The position numbers and the translations under genes are program-made. 64,000 nt of DNA, from NCBI GenBank assembly GCA_965202805.1, contig OZ241869.1, positions 768,001 through 832,000 of the forward strand. The letters are read 5' to 3'. Below are positions 1-9,386 of this stretch, piece by piece. The stretch comes from Longimicrobiales bacterium (GTDB lineage: Bacteria; Gemmatimonadota; Gemmatimonadetes; Longimicrobiales; Gaopeijiaceae). The stretch's first letter is position 1, and each line of letters begins with the position of its first letter. Under the pieces are notes generated by a model that was not told the origin of the DNA, ran no database searches, and worked only from the letters and a program-made list of their open reading frames with translations.

Positions 1-606
1 CCTCACCTGCATGCCTCGCGCAAAGAAGCGCCGGCCGTTGCGTGCCGGGAACAGGCGCTCGAACAGCAGCTCGTCGCTCTGGCGGGACTCGTGCAGCATC
101 CTGATGTCGATGGCGGCCGCCAGCAGGTTGTTGGCGGCGGTGATGGCGTGGATGTCGCCGGTCAGGTGGAGGTTGAAGTCCTCCATGGGGATGACCTGGC
201 TGTACCCACCACCCGCGGCGCCGCCTTTGATGCCGAAGGTGGGCCCCTGACTGGGCTGGCGGATACACGCGACGACGCTCTTGCCCAGGTGGGCGCCCAT
301 CGCCTGGGCCAGTCCCACGGTGGTGGTCGTCTTCCCCTCGCCAAGTGGAGTCGGGGTGATGGCGGTTACGTCGATGTACTTGCCGTCGGGCGCGCCGGAG
401 AGCCGGTCGAGCACGGAAAGCCTGACCTTCGCCTTCCAGGACCCGTGCATCTCCAGCTCCTCACTCTCGAGACCGAGGCGCGCGGCGACCGAGGCGATGG
501 AGGTGAGCGGGGCTTCCTGGGCGATCGCGATGTCCGAGGGGACGGGCGAGCGAATCGTGAGCGACGTACTGCGGCCGTTGTCGGTCATCGGTTGGAGGTT
601 TTCCAT
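1..606 (-). CDS. fhs: Formate--tetrahydrofolate ligase (5' part; runs off left edge)
   Basis: Manual reverse translation (absent from ORF track because no stop lies in the window): ...[12 protein letters not shown]...[22 protein letters not shown]...[55 protein letters not shown] at 606 or 588. Confidence 0.95.
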   Translation of the reverse strand, partial: MENLQPMTDNGRSTSLTIRSPVPSDIAIAQEAPLTSIASVAARLGLESEELEMHGSWKAKVRLSVLDRLSGAPDGKYIDVTAITPTPLGEGKTTTTVGLAQAMGAHLGKSVVACIRQPSQGPTFGIKGGAAGGGYSQVIPMEDFNLHLTGDIHAITAANNLLAAAIDIRMLHESRQSDELLFERLFPARNGRRFFARGMQVR

Positions 607-858
607 GGTTCGGGGGCGCTGGCGTCGAACGCCGCGGGACTCCTCGGGCGACAACCCGACGTTCCGCGCGGGTGCGCCAGAAAGATCCCCTCACCGGAGT
701 GATTTGGGAATAGGCAGTGATGATGAGCCTGGCGGGACGGTGATTTCCTTGATTCGGTCCCGCGGTTGCAGGTACATTAATTTCCGCTTCGCGACAATTG
801 CTGCGTAGCGACGCGTTCCTGCAACCATCTCCGGCCACCCACGCCTTCCGAGTCCCGC

Positions 859-1443
859 ATGCGACTTTTCATCGCGCTGAATCTGACCGATGGCGCGAAG
901 GAAGGCGTTTACAACGCGGCTCGACCCCTAAGGGAAGCCGGTCTGCCCGTGCGTTGGCTGGATCCCGCCACCTACCATCTGACCCTGAAGTTCCTGGGCA
1001 ACCCGCACCCGGATCTGACGTCCCATCTGTCGACGGCAATCGACGAAGTCGGCGGCAAGAACCGGCCCTTCTCGATGGAGATCCGCGGGTTCGGCGCCTT
1101 TCCCACGATTCGCCGCCCAAGGGTGCTCTGGGCGGGCGTGGAACCGGTTCTCGCCCTTCGCTGTCTCAAGCAGGACGTGGAGTGGGGGCTGGCCAGCCTG
1201 GGCTTCAGCAGGGAGACGAGCGCCTTCCATCCTCACATCACCGTGGGGCGCGCCAGGGCGGAGACCGGGGCCGGCGCCTTCCGGGGACTGGATGCACTGG
1301 CTGCCGATCTTGACTTCCGGCATCAAATCGACGTGACGTCCCTGGAGCTCATGCGCAGTCACCTCTCCCGCGCGGGAGCCCGCTACAGCGTCCTGTCCTC
1401 GGCGGCGCTCAAGCCCGCGGAGTCGGCGCGGTCCGGCGCCTGA
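859..1443 (+). CDS. thpR: RNA 2',3'-cyclic phosphodiesterase (2H family, LigT-like)
   Basis: MRLFIAL start; two HxT motifs (YHLTLKF, FHPHITVG); GAFP..RRPRVLWAG. Confidence 0.92.
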   Translation: MRLFIALNLTDGAKEGVYNAARPLREAGLPVRWLDPATYHLTLKFLGNPHPDLTSHLSTAIDEVGGKNRPFSMEIRGFGAFPTIRRPRVLWAGVEPVLALRCLKQDVEWGLASLGFSRETSAFHPHITVGRARAETGAGAFRGLDALAADLDFRHQIDVTSLELMRSHLSRAGARYSVLSSAALKPAESARSGA

Positions 1444-1494
1444 CGACCACGATCCCCCGCGAGATTCCCGGTACTCCGCACCTGACACGACTTC

Positions 1495-2850
1495 ATGGCA
1501 AACATCCTGATCGTCGACGACGACGCGTCCGTCAGCGGCGCATTGCGCCAGGTGTTTGAATACGAGTCGCACCGCGTGATCATCGCCCCCAACGGCCCCG
1601 CTGGCCTCGAGCGCCTCGTCGACGACAATCCCGATGTCGTCTTTCTCGACGTCAAGATGCCGGAGATGGACGGCCTGGAGGTCCTCACGAGGATGCGGAA
1701 GCTGGATTCCCGGACCCCGGTGATCATGATCAGCGGCCACGGGAACATCGATACCGCCGTGGAGGCCACGCGCAGGGGCGCGTACGATTTCCTGGAGAAG
1801 CCGCTCGACACGGCGCGCCTCTTCGTCACCCTGCGCAACGCCCTGGACATGCACGGGCTCAAGCGCAGCGTCGAATCGCTTCAGACCGAAGTGGAGAGCC
1901 GATATGAAATCGTCGGCTCCTCGCCCCGGATTCGTCAGATGCTGATGCGCATCGAGAAGGTGGCTCCGACCCGGGCGCGCGTGCTCATCACCGGCGAAAA
2001 CGGCACGGGAAAGGAACTGGTGGCCCGGGCGGTCCACAGGCTCTCGGACCGGCGCGACCGGCCTTTCGTGGAGGTGAACTGCGCCGCGATCCCCTCCGAG
2101 CTCATCGAATCGGAGCTCTTTGGCCACATGAAGGGGTCCTTCACCGGCGCGGTGGCGGATCGCGCGGGGAAGTTCGAGCAGGCAGACGGCGGCACGCTCT
2201 TCCTGGACGAGATCGGAGACATGTCCTTCGCGGCCCAGGCGAAGGTGCTGCGCGTGCTCGAAGAGGGCGTCGTGGTCCGAGTGGGGGGTGCCCGGCCCAA
2301 GCGGGTGGACGTGCGCGTCATCGCGGCCACCAACAAGGACCTTGCGGAGGAAATCAGAAGCGACCGATTCCGGGAGGACCTCTACTATCGCCTTAACGTC
2401 GTTCCCATCGAACTTCCTCCGCTCCGGGAGCGGCGGGACGACATTCCCATGCTCGTGAAGCACTTCACGACGCTGATGGTGCGGACCGGACGGGCATCCC
2501 GAAAGCACTTGACGGAGGGTGCCCTGAGCCGGCTCAAGGCGATGGACTGGCCGGGCAACGTACGCCAGCTGCGCAACGCCGTGGAGCGCTTCCTGATTCT
2601 CTCGGAGGGCGACGAGATCCGGACGAAGGACGTTCGAATGCTCTCGGGAGGCAGCCCGGGCGCGGTCGTCCGGGAGCTGCTGGCCTCTCCTTCCTTCGCC
2701 GATTTCAAGGACCGTGCGGAGCAGACGTTCATCGAGCACAAGCTGCGCGAGAACGACTGGAACATCACCGAGACCGCCCGGTCGGTGGGCATGCCCCGCT
2801 CCAACCTCTACAAGAAGATCAACAAGTACGGGCTGGAGCGGGAGTCGTGA
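1495..2850 (+). CDS. NtrC/NtrX-family response regulator (REC + AAA+ + Fis HTH)
   Basis: ILIVDDD...FLDVKMP receiver; GENGTGKE Walker A; ESELFGHMKGSFTGA; WPGNVRQL; C-terminal HTH RSNLYKKI. Confidence 0.93.
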   Translation: MANILIVDDDASVSGALRQVFEYESHRVIIAPNGPAGLERLVDDNPDVVFLDVKMPEMDGLEVLTRMRKLDSRTPVIMISGHGNIDTAVEATRRGAYDFLEKPLDTARLFVTLRNALDMHGLKRSVESLQTEVESRYEIVGSSPRIRQMLMRIEKVAPTRARVLITGENGTGKELVARAVHRLSDRRDRPFVEVNCAAIPSELIESELFGHMKGSFTGAVADRAGKFEQADGGTLFLDEIGDMSFAAQAKVLRVLEEGVVVRVGGARPKRVDVRVIAATNKDLAEEIRSDRFREDLYYRLNVVPIELPPLRERRDDIPMLVKHFTTLMVRTGRASRKHLTEGALSRLKAMDWPGNVRQLRNAVERFLILSEGDEIRTKDVRMLSGGSPGAVVRELLASPSFADFKDRAEQTFIEHKLRENDWNITETARSVGMPRSNLYKKINKYGLERES

Positions 2851-3641
2851 CACAGGCTGCGGGGCGGGCGCGGAAGGACGGGAGTCCGTCGCGGACCGGT
2901 GACGGAGCGGAGGATGACGGACGCGACGCCAGGCCCGCGGCGGAAGAACCCGTGAAGTCGCTGGCCCGGACCGCGTGGGAGTGGTGCCGGTCGGTTCTGA
3001 TCGCATTCGCGCTCTTCCTGGTCATCCGGTCCTTTCTGGTAGAGGCCTTCAAGATTCCCACCGCGTCCATGGAGAACACCCTGCTGGTGGGGGACTTTCT
3101 GGTGGTCAACAAGGCGGTGTACGGCGCCGAGGTTCCGGGGACATCGCTGCACCTTCCCGCTTTCGCGGCACTCGAACGGGGCGACGTCATCGTGTTCACG
3201 CCTCCGCACGAGTCCGGAAAGAACTATGTGAAGCGCGTGGTCGGGGCGCCGGGGGATGTGCTGGAGATGCGGGCCAAGAAGCTGTACCTGAACCACGTGG
3301 AGCATGACGAGCCCTACGTCCGACACGTGGATCCGAGGCGTGACGAGTTCCACCCCGACATGGCGTGGCAGGCGGATTTCCTCGCCGGCGGCCGCGACCG
3401 GGCCTCCTACCGGCCGACACGGGACAACTGGGGTCCGATCCGGGTTCCGGAGGACAGCTATTTCGTCCTCGGAGACAACCGGGACAACAGCGAGGACTCG
3501 CGCTACTGGGGATTCGTCGACAAGGATTCGGTGCGCGGCCGGCCCTGGTTCGTCTATTATTCCTTCGACCCGTCATCCGATGAGGGGGCCGCGTGGATGA
3601 AGGACGTGCGCTGGGGCAGGATCGGCGGGCTCGTCCGGTAG
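2847..3641 (+). CDS. lepB: Signal peptidase I
   Basis: IPTASMENTLLVGD (catalytic Ser), YVKRVVG (Lys), GDNRDNSEDSRYWG; N-terminal TM segment. Confidence 0.95.
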   Translation: MTQAAGRARKDGSPSRTGDGAEDDGRDARPAAEEPVKSLARTAWEWCRSVLIAFALFLVIRSFLVEAFKIPTASMENTLLVGDFLVVNKAVYGAEVPGTSLHLPAFAALERGDVIVFTPPHESGKNYVKRVVGAPGDVLEMRAKKLYLNHVEHDEPYVRHVDPRRDEFHPDMAWQADFLAGGRDRASYRPTRDNWGPIRVPEDSYFVLGDNRDNSEDSRYWGFVDKDSVRGRPWFVYYSFDPSSDEGAAWMKDVRWGRIGGLVR

Positions 3642-3660
3642 CCGTGGAAGAGATGGCTGG

Positions 3661-3689
3661 TTGACACCATGCGGCCTCTCTGATACCCT
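3661..3689 (+). promoter_or_regulatory. Sigma70-type promoter of the rplM operon
   Basis: TTGACA-17 bp-TACCCT, with an extended -10 TG just upstream. Confidence 0.7.
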
Positions 3690-3780
3690 TGACTGCTTTG
3701 TTGCCCTACATCCGTGGAACTCGACGCGAGAGCGAGACTGCGGAGGGACGTCTCCCCCGGAAATCGCGGGTGAACCGTAC

Positions 3781-4209
3781 GTGAAGACATATACGCCCAA
3801 GGCGAGCGACATCGAGCACCAGTGGTGGGTGGTCGATGCGGCGGGACAGCCGCTGGGGCGCCTCGCGGCGCAGATCGCACGCGTGCTGCGCGGCAAGCAC
3901 AAGCCCATCTTCACGCCTCATCTGGACACGGGAGACAACGTGGTGGTGATCAACGCCGCCCGCGTGAAGCTCACCGGCAACAAGGCGGCGCAGAAGACCT
4001 ACTTCCGTCATTCGGGCTATATGGGCGGCGAGCGCCATATTCCCTTCAAGACGATGTTGGAGCGGCATCCCGAGCGGGTGATCGAGCGCGCCGTACGCGG
4101 CATGCTCCCGAAGGCGCGGCTGGGTCGCCGGCTCCGGCGGCGGTTGCGCGTCTACGCGGGAGCCGAGCATCCCCATCATGGGCAGCGTCCGCGCCCACTC
4201 ACGTTCTGA
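3781..4209 (+). CDS. rplM: 50S ribosomal protein L13
   Basis: GTG start (M)KTYTPK...WWVVDAAGQPLGRLA...LRGKHKPIFTPHLDTGD...RGMLPK. Confidence 0.97.
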   Translation: MKTYTPKASDIEHQWWVVDAAGQPLGRLAAQIARVLRGKHKPIFTPHLDTGDNVVVINAARVKLTGNKAAQKTYFRHSGYMGGERHIPFKTMLERHPERVIERAVRGMLPKARLGRRLRRRLRVYAGAEHPHHGQRPRPLTF

Positions 4210-4222
4210 GGTCACGGGTTCA

Positions 4223-4618
4223 TTGCCATACGTACAGCAGATCCAGGCGGTAGGCCGGCGCAAGACCAGCGTCGCACGCGTCATGCTGCGACCGGGTACC
4301 GGAAGGTGGCTGGTCAACGGTCGGGAACTGGAGGATTATTTTCCGCGGCTCGTGCATCGGAAGCGCGCCACCGAGCCGATGCAGGTCACTGACGCCGATG
4401 CCCGCTTCGACGTTGTGGTTCGCGTGCATGGGGGTGGGGTGACCGGTCAGGCCGACGCCATCCGCCTGGGCGTGGCGCGCGCGCTGGTGGAAGAGGACGA
4501 AGACGCCATGGGCCCGCTTCGCCAGGGCGGGTTCCTTTCACGTGATCCGCGCAAGGTGGAGCGCAAGAAGCCCGGCCGTCCCAAGGCCCGCAAGCGCTTC
4601 CAGTTCAGCAAGCGATAA
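4223..4618 (+). CDS. rpsI: 30S ribosomal protein S9
   Basis: GRRKTSVARV...GGGVTGQADAIRLG...RDPRKVERKKPGRPKARKRFQFSKR. Start uncertain (in-frame TTG at 4223). Confidence 0.96.
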   Translation: MPYVQQIQAVGRRKTSVARVMLRPGTGRWLVNGRELEDYFPRLVHRKRATEPMQVTDADARFDVVVRVHGGGVTGQADAIRLGVARALVEEDEDAMGPLRQGGFLSRDPRKVERKKPGRPKARKRFQFSKR

Positions 4619-4642
4619 ACCCGACGACTGCCTGGGAGACGC

Positions 4643-5665
4643 ATGGAGCAGGTTTCTCTGAACCAGATGCTTGAGGCCGGGGTCCACTTCGGACACCAGA
4701 CTCGCCGGTGGAACCCCAAGATGCGCCGTTTCATCTTCACGGAGCGGAACGGCATCCACATCATCGACCTGCGCAAGACCTTCGACCGACTGATCGCGGC
4801 CCAGAAGGTCGCACGCCAACTGGTTCTCGCGGGCGAACGCCTGCTGTTCGTCTGCACCAAGCCGCAGTTGCGCGGAATCATCGAGGAGGACGCCGCCCGG
4901 TCCCGGAGCCTGTTCGTGACGGAGCGCTGGCTGGGTGGAATGCTCACCAATTTCCAGACCATCCGCCGCCAGATCCGGCGCCTGAAGGAACTGGAGCGGG
5001 GGCAGGAGGAAAACGCCTTCGAGTTCTACACCAAGAAGGAGCGCCTTCTGCTCGAGCGGGAGCGGCTGAAGCTGGAGAAGTACTTTTCCGGGGTCAAGGA
5101 CATGACCCGGCTCCCGGGTGCCGTCTTCGTGGTCGACGCGCGCCGGGAAGCGATCGCGGTCAGAGAAGCCCACCGACTCGGCATCCCGGTCATCGCCATC
5201 GCCGACACCAACGCCGATCCGGATCTCATCACCTACCCGATTCCGGGGAACGACGACGCCATACGCTCGGTCAGCCTGATCAGCGGCGCCATCGCCGAGG
5301 CGATCAGCCAGGCCCGCGAGGAGGTGCCGGAGGAGGAGCGCCGCCGGGTAGAGGACCTGGAGGCCACGACGTATTCGACCGAAACGGGCGAGAAGGCGGC
5401 CGCGGTGGAGGGGCACCCGCGGCGTCGCGCGCGCCGTCGGCCGCGTCCGGGCATCATCGCCGAGCACAAGAAGGGCGGTGGCGCCGGGGATGCGCCGAAG
5501 CGAGTCAGGAAGGCCCGTGTGCTGGTCAGGCAACCGGGGCGCGATGCGGACAAATCGCGTTCCGGCGAAGCACCGGCGAAGGCGTCGACCGCCCCGGAAG
5601 CCGACCCGAAGCCGTCCCGGGTCAGGCGCGCGCCTCCCCAACCGGTAGCGTCCCGGACCAGGTGA
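4643..5665 (+). CDS. rpsB: 30S ribosomal protein S2 with long basic C-terminal extension
   Basis: LEAGVHFGHQTRRWNPKM, RWLGGMLTNF, DTNADPD, PGNDDAIRS. Confidence 0.97.
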   Translation: MEQVSLNQMLEAGVHFGHQTRRWNPKMRRFIFTERNGIHIIDLRKTFDRLIAAQKVARQLVLAGERLLFVCTKPQLRGIIEEDAARSRSLFVTERWLGGMLTNFQTIRRQIRRLKELERGQEENAFEFYTKKERLLLERERLKLEKYFSGVKDMTRLPGAVFVVDARREAIAVREAHRLGIPVIAIADTNADPDLITYPIPGNDDAIRSVSLISGAIAEAISQAREEVPEEERRRVEDLEATTYSTETGEKAAAVEGHPRRRARRRPRPGIIAEHKKGGGAGDAPKRVRKARVLVRQPGRDADKSRSGEAPAKASTAPEADPKPSRVRRAPPQPVASRTR

Positions 5666-5777
5666 CCCTCCTTCCGGCGAGTGCCGGACAGGGAAGTACA
5701 GTCCCGGGTCGCGGGGAAGGATCACCATCGGGTCCCGCGCCCCGCAACCTCGAAACGACCCCAGGCGGATACTGCAC

Positions 5778-6377
5778 ATGACGATTCCCGCAAAGATGGT
5801 GAAGGCCCTGCGCGACCGTACCGGCGGGGGCATGATGGATTGCAAGCGCGCGCTCGAAGAGACCGGTGGGGATCTCGAGGCCGCGGTCGATCTCCTGCGT
5901 GCCAGAGGCGCGGCGAAGGCTTCCAGGCGAGCGGGCAGGGACACCAACCAGGGCACCATCGGCAGCTACGTCCATTTCGACCGGAGGGTGGGCGTGATCG
6001 TCGAGGTCAACTGCGAGACGGACTTCGTGGCCAACACGGACGACTTCCGGGCGCTCGCGAAGGACATCGCGCTCCACATCGCCTCGCAGGATCCGATTGC
6101 CGTGCGCCCGGAGGACCTTCCGCAGGAGGTGGTCGATCGTGAACGGGCGATCTACCTGGAGCAGGTGCGCGCTCAGGGGAAGCCGGAACGCATTCAGGAC
6201 ATGATCGTCCAGGGCAAGCTCAAGGCCTTCTACAAGGATCAGGTGCTTCTGGAGCAGCCCTTCATCAAGGACACGGCCCGGACCATCGGCGAACTCGTCA
6301 CCGAAGTATCGGCGAAGACAGGCGAGAAGATCGAAGTCGCCCGGTTTTCGAGGTTCGCGATCGGGCAGCGCGGCTGA
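5778..6377 (+). CDS. tsf: Elongation factor Ts (short form)
   Basis: VKALRDRTGGGMMDCKRAL, EVNCETDFVA, LLEQPFIKD; 199 aa. Confidence 0.96.
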   Translation: MTIPAKMVKALRDRTGGGMMDCKRALEETGGDLEAAVDLLRARGAAKASRRAGRDTNQGTIGSYVHFDRRVGVIVEVNCETDFVANTDDFRALAKDIALHIASQDPIAVRPEDLPQEVVDRERAIYLEQVRAQGKPERIQDMIVQGKLKAFYKDQVLLEQPFIKDTARTIGELVTEVSAKTGEKIEVARFSRFAIGQRG

Positions 6378-6396
6378 CGGCAAACGCCCGGGCACG

Positions 6397-7119
6397 ATGA
6401 GCGGCTCGCCGGAATTCCGATACTCCCGGGTTCTTCTGAAGCTCTCCGGCGAGGCTCTCGCGGGAGAGGAGGGATTCGGCATCTCGCCCCCGGTCGTGGA
6501 CCGCCTCACCGACGAAATCGGGACGCTCGCCGAGCTGGGCGTGGCCCTCGGCATCGTCATAGGGGGCGGCAACATCGTGCGGGGTGCGCTGGCCAGCCGC
6601 CAGGGCATGGACCGCGTCACTGCCGACTACATGGGCATGCTCGCCACCGTGATCAACGCTCTGGCGCTCCAGGATCTGCTCGAGCGCAAGGACGTTACGA
6701 CGCGCGTGCTGACGGCTTTTCGCATGGAGAAGCTGGCGGAGCCCTACATCCGCCGCCGAGCGATCCGCCACCTGGAAAAGGGCAGGGTGGTCATCTTCGC
6801 AGGGGGCACGGGGAACCCGTATTTTTCCACCGACACCGCGGCCGCTCTTCGAGCGATCGAGATGGAAGCGGATGTGATCATCAAGGCCACGAAGGTCGCG
6901 GGAATCTTCACCGCCGATCCTCTCCTGGATCCCAACGCGCGATTCATCCCGCGCATCAGCTTTCAGGAAGTGATCGCCCGGGAACTGGGCGTGATGGATG
7001 CCCCGGCGGTGTCGCTCTGCAAGGACAACCAGCTGCCCATCATCGTACTCAACCTCGGTGAGAGAGGAGCGGTCGGGGCCGCCATCAGGGGAGAGCGCAT
7101 AGGCACGTTGGTTTCCTGA
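6397..7119 (+). CDS. pyrH: Uridylate kinase
   Basis: RVLLKLSGEAL, GGGNIVRG, DYMGMLATVIN, GTGNPYFSTDTAAALRA. Confidence 0.97.
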   Translation: MSGSPEFRYSRVLLKLSGEALAGEEGFGISPPVVDRLTDEIGTLAELGVALGIVIGGGNIVRGALASRQGMDRVTADYMGMLATVINALALQDLLERKDVTTRVLTAFRMEKLAEPYIRRRAIRHLEKGRVVIFAGGTGNPYFSTDTAAALRAIEMEADVIIKATKVAGIFTADPLLDPNARFIPRISFQEVIARELGVMDAPAVSLCKDNQLPIIVLNLGERGAVGAAIRGERIGTLVS

Positions 7120-7167
7120 GCGGGTATTTGCTCTCCGATCAACACCACACGCGCACGGGAGGCTGTC

Positions 7168-7719
7168 ATGGGACTCATGGAGGAACTCACGGAGCGCATG
7201 GACGCCGCGCTCGATGCTGCCCGCCGCGAGTTCGCGACGGTTCGAACCGGCAAGGCGACCCCGGCTCTGCTGGACAGCGTGCGGGTCGACGCCTACGGAG
7301 CCAGCATGCCCCTGAACCAGCTCGCGACGGTGGTCGCGGCCGACGCGAGCCTGCTGGTGGTGCAGCCGTACGACAGGTCGCTGCTCGCTTCCGTGGAGAA
7401 GGCGATCATGTCGGCGAACCTCGGATTCAACCCATCCAACGACGGCAACCTCATCCGCGTACCGATTCCTCCGCTCACGGAGGAGCGACGCCGGGAATAC
7501 GTGCGCATCATCCACAAGATGTCGGAGAACACCCGGATCTCGATTCGCCACGCGCGGCGCGCGGGCAACGGGGAGGTGAAGCGTCGCATGAGGGAGCACG
7601 AGATCAGCGACGACCAGGGTCACCAGATGATGAGCGGGATCCAGAAGCTCACCGACCGCTACGTGGCTTCGCTGGACGAGCTCATGAAGGCCAAGGAGGG
7701 GGAGGTCATGGCCATCTAG
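7168..7719 (+). CDS. frr: Ribosome recycling factor
   Basis: VRTGKATPALLD, VQPYD, PPLTEERRRE; GGGAGG RBS upstream. Confidence 0.96.
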   Translation: MGLMEELTERMDAALDAARREFATVRTGKATPALLDSVRVDAYGASMPLNQLATVVAADASLLVVQPYDRSLLASVEKAIMSANLGFNPSNDGNLIRVPIPPLTEERRREYVRIIHKMSENTRISIRHARRAGNGEVKRRMREHEISDDQGHQMMSGIQKLTDRYVASLDELMKAKEGEVMAI

Positions 7720-7721
7720 CC

Positions 7722-8465
7722 ATGAGGTCCAACGTGCCGGCCCGGATTGACATGCGCGGTCCCGTACCCCGTCACGTCGCCGTCATCATGGACGGCAACG
7801 GGCGCTGGGCCCGGCGACAGGGTCTGCCCCGCAAGTCGGGGCACGAGGCCGGGATGAGCGCGGTGCGCACGACCATCGAGGCTTCGGTGGACGCCGGCGT
7901 CGAAATCCTTACCCTCTTCGCGTTTTCCACCGACAACTGGAATCGTCCATCGGAGGAAGTTTCCGCCCTCATGTCGCTCCTGAAGGCGTATGCCGAGCAG
8001 GAGTGCTCGGAGCTGGTGGAGAAGGGCGTCGAGGTGCATGTGCTCGGAACCCTGGCCAGAATGCAGGCTTCCGCGCGCGCGGCCGTGGAGCGCATCATGC
8101 GGGAGACCGAGGGGGGCACGACGCTCAGGCTCAACCTGATGATCTCATACAGCGGAAGGGAAGACATCCTGACCGCGGTCCGCCGCCTGGCGGCGCGCGT
8201 CGAGGCGGGAGAACTGGAACCCGGGGAGATCGACGAAGCGTGCCTGGAGAGGGCGCTGCTGACAAGCGGCATCCCCGATCCCGACCTGCTCATCAGGACC
8301 TCCGGGGAATGCAGAATCTCCAACTTCATGCTGTGGCAGATTTCCTACTCGGAGATCCACATCACTCCCGTGCTGTGGCCGGACTTCTCCAGGGACGACT
8401 TCCTTGCGGCCGTCCTGGACTACCAGCGCCGTGATCGCCGCTTCGGCCGGATCACTTCAGCCTGA
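7722..8465 (+). CDS. uppS: Undecaprenyl diphosphate synthase
   Basis: PRHVAVIMDGNGRWA, FAFSTDNWNRP, DLLIRTSGECRISNFMLWQ. ATG at 7722; the 7128 ORF start is an over-extension. Confidence 0.96.
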   Translation: MRSNVPARIDMRGPVPRHVAVIMDGNGRWARRQGLPRKSGHEAGMSAVRTTIEASVDAGVEILTLFAFSTDNWNRPSEEVSALMSLLKAYAEQECSELVEKGVEVHVLGTLARMQASARAAVERIMRETEGGTTLRLNLMISYSGREDILTAVRRLAARVEAGELEPGEIDEACLERALLTSGIPDPDLLIRTSGECRISNFMLWQISYSEIHITPVLWPDFSRDDFLAAVLDYQRRDRRFGRITSA

Positions 8466-9349
8466 TGGCGCCGGCCGACCTCTCGCGTCGTGCGCTGGTG
8501 GCGGTGGCCGCCCTGCTCCTCGTACTGCCGGTCATCTTTCGGGGCGGGTGGCTCATGGGTGCGCTCGCGGCGGCGCTGGCGGTGCTGGGCGCCCGCGAAT
8601 TCTGCCTGCTGGCGCGGCGGAGCGGTGTTCGGCCTTTCACCGGAATGGCCATGGCCATCGCGGCGGCGCTTGTGCTGGCGGCGACGGCGGAGCCCTTCTT
8701 CACCGGTTTCGCCCCGCTCGCGCTGACGGTTCTGATGGGGGCCGTCGTGGTGCTTCCCATCGCCGCCGTGCGCGGGCGCGGCGTGGCGGACAAGCCGCTC
8801 GCATCCGTGTGTGCCACCCTCACGGCGGCGCTCTACGCGGGAGGCGGGCTCTGTTTCGCCTTGCTGTTGCGGCACCTCCCGGAAACGGGGGTCGCCGTGA
8901 GGGCTCCGGCCCCGCTCGAGGGCCCGGTGCTGCTTCTCTTCCCGCTCGCGGTCACCTGGGTCGGGGACATCGTCGCCTACGTCGTCGGCAGCCTCTGGGG
9001 GCATCGCCGTCCGTTTCCGACCGTCAGCCCGGGCAAGACGGTGGAAGGCACGGCCGCGGGCATCCTGGCCGCCGGAACGGCGGGCCTGGTCTTCGCGACC
9101 GTGGCCGCCGAGCCGTTCGCCCTGCTGGGCGTCGGACCGAACTGGATCGTCGGCATCGCGTTGCTGATCGGTGCGGGAGCGCTGGCGGGCGACCTGTCCG
9201 TGTCCCTGCTGAAGCGCGAAGCCGGCGTCAAGGACGCGGGGTCACTGCTCCCCGGCCACGGCGGCGTGCTCGACCGCCTCGATGCGTTGCTGGTGACGCT
9301 GCCGCTCGCTTACGGGGCCCTTCAGTTCGCCGGTTCGGTGTCGCCATGA
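8465..9349 (+). CDS. cdsA: Phosphatidate cytidylyltransferase
   Basis: Multi-TM; SPGKTVEG and GDL..S.LKREAGVKDAGSLLPGHGGVLDRLD signature. Confidence 0.95.
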   Translation: MAPADLSRRALVAVAALLLVLPVIFRGGWLMGALAAALAVLGAREFCLLARRSGVRPFTGMAMAIAAALVLAATAEPFFTGFAPLALTVLMGAVVVLPIAAVRGRGVADKPLASVCATLTAALYAGGGLCFALLLRHLPETGVAVRAPAPLEGPVLLLFPLAVTWVGDIVAYVVGSLWGHRRPFPTVSPGKTVEGTAAGILAAGTAGLVFATVAAEPFALLGVGPNWIVGIALLIGAGALAGDLSVSLLKREAGVKDAGSLLPGHGGVLDRLDALLVTLPLAYGALQFAGSVSP

Positions 9350-9386
9350 GCCGGATGATGGTTCCCGGGGCGCGGGGTCCCCGGAC

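Noticed and set aside
607..858. ZMP/ZTP (pfl) or THF riboswitch upstream of fhs
   Set aside because: By eye, the minus strand lacks the characteristic GACUGGCG...GUGG and GCCUGGGC elements. An Infernal search would be decisive.
7128..8465. 445-aa ORF suggesting an extended UppS or frr-uppS fusion
   Set aside because: The N-terminal part is an alternate frame over frr; uppS has its own ATG at 7722.
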